This document shows, piece by piece, positions 36,636 through 46,207 of a stretch of 64,000 nt of DNA. The stretch comes from Mobula hypostoma (taxonomy: Eukaryota): contig NC_086101.1 in NCBI RefSeq assembly GCF_963921235.1, positions 7,008,001 to 7,072,000 of the forward strand, written 5' to 3'. Made by a program: the position numbers and the translations under genes. Numbering within the stretch: position 1 is the stretch's first letter; each line of letters opens with the position of its first letter. The notes beneath the pieces are model-generated. The model searched no databases, was not told the origin of the DNA, and saw only the letters and a program-made list of their open reading frames with translations.

Positions 36636-37060
36636 ATCATCCAAGAGGACCACAATCTTGCCGTTGGGTTTGGAGGCTTGTGTGCCTCAGTGACCCAAAG
36701 AACTCTGTTGGCTGGAATGTGGGCTTTATGCTTTGACTCTTGGTAGGGTCACCCATGCCAAACAGGTCAAAGGCTAGAGGCCAGAGTAAGAGTGGTCTAC
36801 TGGTCCTCCAGGTTGATGGGTTCAGCTCAGGGCTAACAATACTGACTGGTGAAACAAAATTGTTACGGAAACAGTGAAAAGTCTTTCTACATCTGAGTGT
36901 CATGTTATTCCTGAGTCTCCACTCAGGACCTGCATGACTGACAGTAGTGAAAACCGAGAAGTAGCTGCCGACATGTTCAATGATGACGTGAACACTGCCA
37001 GAGATGGAGGACTGTCATTGCCGTCCTAAACACCAGGGGCATAACAGGCAGTAAGTAAGT
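36636..37060 (+). mobile_element. bipartite non-autonomous RTE-clade element (5'UTR + 3' end)
   Basis: GGACCAC..GGTAGGGTCACCCA..CAGGTC..GTGGTCTACTGG resembles the RTE (BovB/Expander) 5' region; 3' part reads QRWRTVIAVLNTRG* and ends in (GTAA)n. Confidence 0.6.
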
Positions 37061-37216
37061 GGCTCTCAGATCTTCGATCACATTTCCCTGAAACCCAGTC
37101 TTCCTCACTGACCCATTAACTCCCACCTAATTCACACACAACCCCCCTTCAACGGGGTTAATTACTGTAGAAAATTAATCACTCATCCATGATTTCTTGG
37201 CAGTGTTGGCCCCTTG

Positions 37217-37300
37217 TGATCACCCAGAGAACGTGCAAACTCCACGCAGACAGCACCAGAGGTTTGGATCGAACCCCGGGCACTGGAGCTGCGATACTCT
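37217..37300 (-). mobile_element. V-SINE fragment in TRIM intron 2
   Basis: B box GGTTCGATCC followed by GTGGAGTTTGCACGTTCTC core. Confidence 0.6.
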
Positions 37301-37368
37301 GCTATTCTGCATTAAAGGGGGGAAAAAAACTACACAACGATATTGAAAATTCTGGTTGGAAGCCTCAC

Positions 37369-37464
37369 CCGAACTCCAGCAATCTTCTCTTTCTGTTCCT
37401 GCTTCATTTCCTGAAAGTCTGATTTCTTTTTTGTGAGAGAGTCTAAGGAAGATTTAACCCGATC
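37369..37464 (-). CDS. TRIM gene exon 2 (coiled coil, 96 nt)
   Basis: cccag|GATCGG...GTTCGG|gtgagg; translates DRVKSSLDSLTKKKSDFQEMKQEQKEKIAGVR; a 96-nt phase-0 exon is typical of class IV TRIMs. Confidence 0.92.
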
Positions 37465-37541
37465 CTGGGAATTAAAGAATGAATGGATTAGACAAAAAAA
37501 AAGACAACATTAACAAACGATCGAAAGCGGGTTATTTTTAC

Positions 37542-37952
37542 CTTGTAAATTTTAACGGCTTCTTTAATCGGCATGAAGTTGTGAGACTTGTGTTCCAGTG
37601 CATCTCTACAGATCAGACAGATCAGTGTCTTGTCCGTCTCACAGAACAGCTTCAGTTCTTCCTCATGTTCCTCGCAGCGAAGTTTACTTTCCTTCTCTTT
37701 CGGATTCAGGTTTAGTTTTCGAACTTTCTCAGACAGATTTGCTAAAACCCGATTGACCGTGAGGCTGCGGTCTGCAAACTCCTCTCTACATTCCGGGCAG
37801 AAGTTTCTCTCCTCCCTTTCCCAACACCGTGTGATACAGGAGCGGCAGAAGTAGTGACCACACTCCAGTGACACCGGCTCGGTGAAGAAATCCAGGCAGA
37901 TGGGACAAATTACCTCCTCGGTTAAACTCTCGACCTGTTCTTTCGAAGCCAT
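37542..37952 (-). CDS. TRIM (RFP/TRIM27/TRIM39-like) gene, coding exon 1: RING finger + B-box2
   Basis: ATG at 37952; C3HC4 RING (CPIC..CGHYFCRSC..CPEC) and B-box (CEEH..FC..D..IC..C..H..H); ends ...TACAAG|gtaaaa, 411 nt, phase 0. Confidence 0.95.
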
Positions 37953-37983
37953 GTTAACTCTCGGGACTTCCTGGTTCAGGATC

Positions 37984-37995
37984 CTTTCACTTTCC
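37984..37995 (-). promoter_or_regulatory. ISRE/IRF-binding element upstream of the TRIM ATG
   Basis: GGAAAGTGAAAG matches GAAANNGAAA, 32 nt upstream of the ATG; adjacent ETS-like CCAGGAAGT (37966-37974). Confidence 0.6.
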
Positions 37996-38199
37996 GGAGC
38001 TGCTGAACCCCTGCAGTACTGCGATTGTCCACTAGATGCGCTGCAGTCCCGGGAATGAACATAACGTTGCTACAAGTGTTCTCGGGGAAGGAATCACGGC
38101 AATTTCCACGTCACGGTGGGATCAGAAACACATTAAAGAGGTCTGAATATAAATGAACCCGGAGCCCGGAGGCAGAAATGAAAGGGACAATTCCTGAAA

Positions 38200-40940
38200 A
38201 GCGAGATAGACATTTGGCCTATATCCCTGCCTGCTCCAGCCCCACTGAACTCGTGTCCTCATACATTGACTCCATTCTAACCCCTTCAATTCAATCCCTT
38301 CCAACCTACATCCGCGACACTTCTCATACCCTCAATCTCCAAAGCAATTTTCAATTCCCTGGCACTGACCACCTCATCTTCACCATGGATGTCGAGTTAT
38401 AACTTCTATCCCCCATCAAGAAGGCCTTAGAGCTCCACATTTCTTTCTCAATAAAAGAACAAACCAGTTCCCCTCCATCTGGAAGGATTGGTCTTCATAC
38501 TCAACAATTTTCCTTCTACTCCTCCCACATTCTCCAGACTCGAGGGCTATCAACGGGTATCTGCATGTGTCCCAGAAATGCCTGTCTCTTTGTTGGCTAC
38601 ATAGAACAGTCAATGTTCTAGGCCTTCCCCAGTAACGCTCCCCAAATCTTCCTCAGAAACGTTAATGATTGCATTGGTGCTGCTTCACGCACCCATGCTG
38701 AGTTTGTCAATTCCATCAACTTTACCACTAACTTCCACCCTGCACTTGAATTCACTCGGTCCATTTCAAACACCTCCCTCTCCTTTGCCCATCTCTCTGC
38801 CTCCATCTCTAGAAACAAACTGTCAACTGACATACTCTATAAACCTACTGATTCCCACAGGTATCTTGACTATACCTCTTCCCACCCTGTCTCCTGTAAC
38901 TTTTCAAAATTCCTTCATTCCCAAGATATCTGTTCCCAGAATGCAGTTTCCCCTTTCAGAACATCAGGTACATCCTCCTCTGCAAACGACAGGGTTTCCT
39001 TTCCTCTACTACTGATGTTGCCCTTACCTACATCTCCTCCATTTCCCGAACATCTGTGCTCACCCCATCTTCCCTCTGCTTCAACAGTGATAGAGTTCCT
39101 CTCATCCTAACCTACCAGCACATAAGTGTCTGCATCCAACACATCATCCTCCAAAACCTCCAGCACATCAGAATCACAATCAGAATCAGGTTTATTATCA
39201 CCAGTATGTGTCGTTAAATTTGTTAACTTAGCAGCAGTTCAATGCAATACATAATATAGAAGTACTATATATATATATATATATAATAAATAAGTAGATC
39301 AATTACAGTATATGTATATTGAATAGATTAAGAATTGGGGAAAAACAGAAATAATATATATATATGAAAAACTAGTGGTAGTGTTCATGAATTCAATATG
39401 CCCATTTAAGAATTGGTTGGCAGAGGGGAAGAAGCTGTTCCTGAATCGCTGAGTGTGTGCCTTCATGCTTCTGTACCTCCTACCTGATGGTAACAGTGAG
39501 GAAAGGGCATGCCCTGGGTGCTGGGGGTCCTTAATAAAGGACACGGCCTTTCAGACGTTTTGGATACTTTGTAGACTAGTACCCAAAATGGAGCCAACTA
39601 AATTTACGACCCTCTACAGCTTCTTTCGGTCTTGTGCAGTAGCCCTTCCATACCAGACAGTGATGGAGCCTGTCAGAATGCTCTCTGCGTTACATCTATA
39701 GAAGTTTTTGAGTGTATTTGTTGACATACCAAATCTCTTCAAACTCCAAATGAAGTATAATCACTGTCTTGCCTTCTTTATATAACTACATTGATATGTT
39801 GGGACCAGGTTAAATCCTCAGAGATCTTAACACCCAGGAACTTGAAACCGCTCACTCTCTCCACTTCTGATGGCTATATGAGGATTGGTTTGTGTTCCTT
39901 CGTCTTACCCTTCCTGAAGTCCACAATCAGCTCTTTCGTCTTCCTGACATTGTGTGCAAGGTTGTTGCTGTGACACCACTCCACTAGTTGGTATATCTCA
40001 CTCCTGTACGCCCTCTCATCACCATCTGAGATTCTGCCAACAATGGTTGTATCATCAGCCAATTTATAGATGGTATTTGAGCTATGCCTACCCACACAGT
40101 CATGGTAACCTACTACCAAACATATCTTTACCTCCTCCCTTCTCTACTTTCTGCAGGGATCACTCCCTCCATGACTCCCTTGTCCATTCACCCTCCCTAC
40201 TAATCTCACTCCTGACACTTACCCCTGCAAGCAGCCAAAATACCTATTCACCTCCTCCCTCCCCTCCATTCAAGGACCCAAAAAGTCCTTCCAGCTGAGG
40301 CAACACTTCATCTGCTAGGGTCATTTATTTGATCTGCTGCTCCCAATGCAGCCTCCTCTACATTGGTGAGACCTGTTGTAAATTGGGGTTCTGCTTCATC
40401 AAGCACCACTACTCCATCTGCCAAAGATGGAATTTCCTGGTGGCCAAACATTTTAATTCCAATTCTCATTCCCATTCCGACCCGTCAGTCCATGGTCTTC
40501 TCTTGTGCCATGATGAAGCCACCCCCAGCGCGAAGGAAAAACACCGTATAGTATGTCTGGGTAGCCTTCAGACAGATGGCATGAATATTGATTTCTCCTT
40601 CCAGAAAAAAAAATCCCTCCCTCTCCCCTCTTCTTCTATCCCCCACTCTGGCCTCTTACCTTCAGCTACCTGACTATCATCTCCCTCTGCGTCCCCTCCT
40701 CCTTCCCTTTCTCCTATAGTCCATTCTGCTCTCGAATCAGATTTCTTATTTTCCAACCCTTTATCTTTCCAACCTACCTGGCTTCACCTATCACTTTCCA
40801 GCTATCCTCCTTTCCATTCCTCCCCCCCCCCCCCCGCCACTTTTCTATTCTGGGAATTTCCCACTTGCTTTCCAGTTCTGAAGAAGGATCTCGGCACGAA
40901 ATGTCATTTCCATAGATGCTGTCTGACCTGTTCCTCCAGC
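38200..40940 (+). mobile_element. degraded Penelope-like element (RT + GIY-YIG), interrupted by a Rex1 fragment
   Basis: PTYIRDTSH, LIFTMDV, LLYIGET..., VAKHFNS; degenerate hammerhead at about 40874-40906. Confidence 0.8.
39167..40106 (-). mobile_element. Rex1/Babar-type LINE 3' part
   Basis: [35 protein letters not shown]; (TCTGAT)n-like tail. Confidence 0.85.
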
Positions 40941-41596
40941 ATAGAGCATAGAAACACAACATAGAAAATCCACAACACATTACAGGCCCTTCAGCCCACA
41001 ATGTTGTGCCAACCTGTATCCAGCTCCAGAAGCTGCCTAGAATTTCCCAACCACACAGCCTCCTATATTTCTAAGCTCCATGTACATATCTAAGAGTCTC
41101 TTAAAAGACTTTATTGTATCCAGCTCCACCACCTTCGCTTCACATTCAATGCACCCACCACTCATTGTGTGAAAAATTTACCTCTGACATCCCCTTGTAC
41201 CTCCTTCCAAGCAACTTTAATCTATGGCCCCTCGTGTTAGCCATTTCAGGCCTGAAAAAAGCCTCTGGCATCCACACGAACAATGCCTCTCATCATCTTA
41301 TACACCTCTATCAGGTCACCTCTCATCCTCTTTCACATCAAGACCAAGTTTACTCAACTTTTCTCATAAGGTACTCCCTGCAATCCAGGCAACATCTTTG
41401 TAAATCTCCCTATAGTATCCACAATATTCCTGTAATGAGGTGACCAGAACTGAACACAGTACTCCAGGTGGGGTCCAACAAAGGTGTTATGTAGCTGCAA
41501 ACACGAGGAAATCTGCAGATGCTGGAATTTCAAGCAACACACATAAAAGTTGCTGGTGAACGCAGCAGGCCAGGCAGCATCTGTAGGAAGAGGTAC

Positions 41597-41632
41597 AGTC
41601 GACGTTTTGGGCTGAGACCCTTCGTCAGGACT
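41597..41632 (-). ncRNA. hammerhead motif, G12>A
   Basis: AGTC-CTGACGA-A-GGG(TCTCAG)CCC-AAAA-CG-TC-GACT. Confidence 0.6.
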
Positions 41633-42089
41633 AACTGAAAGAGGAGCTAGTAAGAGATATGAAAGTGGGAGGGGGATGGGGAGATCTGAAATGATAGGAG
41701 AAGACAGAAGGAGGAGGGATGGGGCTAAGAGCTGGAAAGTTGATTGGCAAAAGGGATATGAGAGGATCATGGGACAGGAGGCCGAGGGAGAAAGAAAAGG
41801 GGGCGGGGGGAAGCCCAGGGGATGGGCAAGGGGTATAGTGAGGGATACAGAGGGAGAAAACAGAGAGAGAGGAAAAGAATGTGTGTATATAAATAAATAA
41901 CGGATGGGGTATGAGGGGTGGTGGGGCATTAGCGGAAGTTTGAGAAGTCAATGCTCATGCCATCAGGTTGGAGGCTACCCAGACGGAATATAAGGTGTTG
42001 TTCCTCCAACCTGAATGTGGCTTCATCTTTACAGTAGAGGAGGCCGTGGAAAGACATATCAGAATTAGAATGGGACGTGGAATTAAAAT

Positions 42090-42276
42090 CGATCGGACGG
42101 CTCAGCCCGCTCACGGATTGACTTCCTCTTTCTCTTATTGTCCCTCATGGTCAGATCCACTGACGTCAAGCCAGTGTTCTGCTCTGACCACTGTCTTCTA
42201 CGAGCCACCTCTCACTTACCTGAGGACCAGAAAGCAGGTAGGGGGACGTGGAAGCTGAACGTTAAGCTGCTGACCA
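42090..42276 (+). mobile_element. Tx1-type (L1-group) endonuclease fragment
   Basis: Open frame RSDGSARSRIDFLFL...DVKPVFCSDHCLL...GRGTWKLNVKLLT: APE endonuclease SRID and SDH motifs followed by WKLN. Confidence 0.8.
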
Positions 42277-43069
42277 GATAGCAGATGTGGCGGAGACAGA
42301 GGAATTGCGAGAAGGGGATGGCATTTTTGCAAGAGACAGGGTGAGAAGAGGAATAGTCCCTCCCCACCGATCTCCCTCCTGGCACTTATCCTTGTAAGCG
42401 GAACAAGTGCTACACATGCCCTTACACTTCCTCCCTCACAACCATTCATACAGTCCTTCCAGGTGAGGCAGACACTTCAACTGTGAATCGGCTGGGGTGA
42501 TATACTACGCCCGGTGCTCCCGATGCGGCCTTCTATATATTGGCGAGACCCAACGCAGACTGGGAAATCGTTTCACTGAACACCTACGCTCTGTCCACCA
42601 GAGAAAGCAGGATCTCCCAGTGGCCACACATTTTAATTCCACGTCCCATTCCCATTCTGATATGTCTATCCACGGCCTCCTCTAATGTAAAGATGAAGCC
42701 ACACTCAGGTTGGAGGAACAACACCTTATATTCCGTCTGGGTAGCCTCCAACCTGATGGCATGAACATTGACTTCTCAAACTTCCGCTCGAACCCTATCC
42801 GTTATTTACTTATATGCACATATTCTTTTTCTCTCTCTCTGTTTTCTCCCTCTGTCCCTCTCACTATACCCCTTACCCATCCTCTGGGCTTCCCCCCTCC
42901 CCCTTTTCTTTCTCCCTATGCCTCCTGTCCCATGATCCTCTCATATCTCTTTTGCCAATCAACTGTCCAGCTCTTGGCTCCATCCCTTCCCCTGCTGACT
43001 TCTCCTATCATTTTGGATCTCCCCTTCCCCCTCCCACTTTCAAATCTCTTACTAGCTCTTCTTTCAGTT

Positions 43070-43105
43070 AGTCCTGACGAAAGGTCTCGGCCCGAAACGT
43101 CAACT
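43070..43105 (+). ncRNA. minimal type-I hammerhead, intact core
   Basis: AGTC-CTGACGA-A-AGG(TCTCGG)CCC-GAAA-CG-TC-AACT; mismatches in helices I and II. Confidence 0.65.
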
Positions 43106-46029
43106 GTACCTATTCCTAGAGATGCTGCCTGGTCTGCTGTGTTCACCAGCAACTTTTATGTGTGTTATATAGCTGTAACATTACCTCACATCTCTTGAAC
43201 TCAATCTCACTGATGAAGGCCAACACACCATACGCCTTCTTAAACATACTGTCCACCTGCGCAGCAGCTTTGAGTGTCCTATGGACAGGATCTAGCTGAC
43301 CCTCCGCACTGTCAAGATTCTTACCATAAATATTATATTCTGTCTTGAAATTTGACCTACCAAAATGAACCACCTCACACTTATCTCAGTTGAAGTCCAT
43401 CTGCCACTCCTCAGCCCAGTTCTGCATCCTATCGATGTCCCGCTGTAACCTCTGGCAACCCTCCAGACTATTCACAATATCCCCAACCTTTGTGTCATCA
43501 GCAAACTTATTAACCCACCCTTCTACTTCTTCATCCAGGTCATTTATAAAATTCACAAAGAGGAGGGGCCCCGTAACAGATTCCCATGAAACACCACTGT
43601 TCACTGACCTCCATACAGAATACGAACCATTTACAACCACCCTTTGTCTTCAGTGGGCAAGCCAGTCCTGGATCCAAAGCAAGGTCTCCTTGGATCCCGT
43701 GCCTCCTTACTTTCTGAAGGAGCCTTCCATGGGGAACCTTATCAATTGCCTTACTAAAATCCAGATACACTACATCCATTGCTCTACCTTCATCCATGTG
43801 CTTTGCTAATTCCTCAAATAATTCAATCAGGCTCATCAGGCATGACCTGCTCTTGACAAGACGATGCTGATTATCCCTAATTGGGTTACGTCTCTCCAAA
43901 TGCTCATAAACCCTGCCCCTCAGAATCTTCAACAACTTTCCCAGCACTGAAGTCAGGCTCACTGGTCAATAATTTCTTGGGTTATAGACTCCATTTCTTG
44001 AACAAGGGAACGACATTTGCAACTCACCAATCCTCCGGTTCTTCTCCCGTCCCAATTGATGACACAAAAATCATCGCAAGGTGCTCAGCAATCTCCTCCC
44101 TCGCTTCCCACAGTAGCCTGGGGTATATCACATCCGGTCCCGGTGACAATGTTTTTCAAAAGCTCCAGCACATCCTATTTCTCGATGTATATATGCTCAA
44201 GCATTTCAGTCCACTGCAAGTAATCCCCAACAATTGTCAAGGTCTTTTTCCTTAGTGAATACTGAAAAGTATACATTAATACCTCTGCTGCCTTCTCCGA
44301 CCCCATGCACACATTTCCACTATCTCACCTGATTGGTCCTATTTTCACAGGGCTCATTCTCTTGCTCTTCACATACTTGTAGAATGCCTTGGGGATTTCC
44401 TTAATCGTGCTCACCAAGGCCTTCTCGTGGCCCCTTCTGGCTCTCCTAATTCCATTCTTAAGCTCCTTCCTAGCAAATTTGTAATTTCCAAGAGCTCTAG
44501 CAGTACCTAGTTTCTTGAACTTTTCAAAAGCTTTTCTTTTCTCCTTAACAAGATCTTCTGCATCCTTTGTACACCATGGTTCTTTAATCCTACGATCCTT
44601 TCCCTGCCTTAATGGAACATACCTATGCAGATCTCCATGCAAATGTTCCCTGACACATTTCTGCCGTTCATTTCCCTGAGAACATCTGCTCCCAATGTAT
44701 GCTCCCAAGTTTCTGCCTAATAGCATCATATTTCTCCCTGCACCAATTAAATGTTTTCCGAAATTGTCTGTTCTTATCCCTCTCCAGCGCTGTGGTGAAG
44801 GAGATATAGTTGTGGTCACTACCTCCAAAATGCTGTCCAAGAGATCTGACATCTGACCAGGTTCTTTTCCCAACACCAGATCAAGTACAGCCTCTGTTCA
44901 CAGACTCCCTACAAGCTGTCTCTCCTTGTGCTCCAACCTCCCCATCCTCTGCCTCTGCACTTCAGTTCCCACCCCCCTGCAAATCTAGTTTAAACCCTCC
45001 CCAATAGCATCAGCAAACCTCCCCGTCCAGATATTGGTCCTCCGCGGATTCAAGTGCCACCTGTCCTTTTTGTGCAGGTCACTCCTGCCCCAGGAGAGGT
45101 CCCAATGATCCAAAAATCTGAATCCCTGCTCCCTGCTCCAAACCTTCGGCCAAGCATTTATTGAAGGCATGTCCTTTCAATTACAAGTTTACTGTCTTCT
45201 AAATATACATGTATACAAGCAAACGAAACAACCTTCCTCCAGACCACGGCGCACACATCTATCATACACAACATATAAACAAATTATACGCTTAAAAGGA
45301 TTATGAAATATAATTAAAAATACACGCATTAAAACACAGGACAGGTGAAGAGTAAACAGCTTCCTGTCTCAGTGATGAGACCATGGTGGTGACAGGGTTT
45401 TCATAGTCTCACAGCCTGAGGGAAGAAGCTGTTATCCAGGCAGACAATCCTAGTCCTGAAGCTTTTGTACCTCCTTCCTGACAGTCGTGGTCAAAGAGAT
45501 TGTGGGATGGGTGGTAGGGATGCTCAGCGATGAGCACATTTACATGGAGCACTGCCACAAGACAGCAGCATCCATCATCAAGGACACCTACCATCAGGAT
45601 ATGCTCGCTTCTTGCTTCTACCAGAGGTCCCATATCACCAGGTTCAGGGACACATATTACCCGACAAACATCAGGCTCCTGAACCAGCGTGGATAACTCA
45701 CTCACCACAACTCTGAACTGCTCCTACAACTTACAAACTCAGTTTCAACTACTCTTTGCAAGCAATGTTCTCAGGATATTTTTATTTATTTGAACAATTT
45801 ATCTTCTTTTGCACATTGATTAGTTGTCAGTCTTGATTGTTTTTCCTGTAAATGCCAGCATGAAAATGAATCTCAAGGTAGTACATGGTACATGGAAAAT
45901 AAATTTTCCTGAACCTCGAGTACTGGTATTGAGAACAACACCCATCACCAACATCCTGGCCAATGATAATCACACAAACAACACCAAACATAAGAAGAAT
46001 TGAGGTTGTTTTCAGCTTGTTATTCATGC

Positions 46030-46207
46030 ATACACGAGATTCTGCAGATACTGGAAATGCAGAGTAACACTCACAAAATGCTGGAGGGAATCAACAGGTC
46101 AGGCAGCATCCAAGGCGACAAATAAAAGGGTTGACTTTTTGGACTGAACCTCTTCGTCAGGGCGAGATATTCAAGATCCAGATGAAGGGTCTCAGCCCAA
46201 AACATTG
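46030..46207. mobile_element. old Penelope-derived fold-back remnant with two degenerate inverted hammerheads
   Basis: TCTGCAGATACTGGAAA terminus; minus CCTGACGAAGAGG.. at about 46130-46163; plus CAGATGAAGGGTCTCAGCCCAAAAC at about 46179-46203. Confidence 0.6.

Larger units (their letters stand above)
41498..43165. mobile_element. inverted-duplicated Penelope-like insertion with two hammerheads and a foreign filler
   Basis: TSD GTGTTAT(G/A)TAGCTG(C/T)AA at 41484-41500 and 43162-43178; minus arm 41498-42089, plus arm about 42358-43165 with GIY-YIG LLYIGETQRRLGNRFTEH. Confidence 0.88.
40945..45165 (-). mobile_element. degraded CR1 (ORF1 end to 3' end) split by the Penelope insertion at 41498-43165
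   Basis: CR1 frame EVMLQL|HNTFVGPHLEYC continues across the insertion; YLDFSKA.DKVPH, FADDTK. Confidence 0.85.

Noticed and set aside
37488..37541. C-terminal VKITRFRSFVNVVFFFV of the 154-aa ORF
   Set aside because: Read-through of the 77-bp intron 1 past the GT donor.
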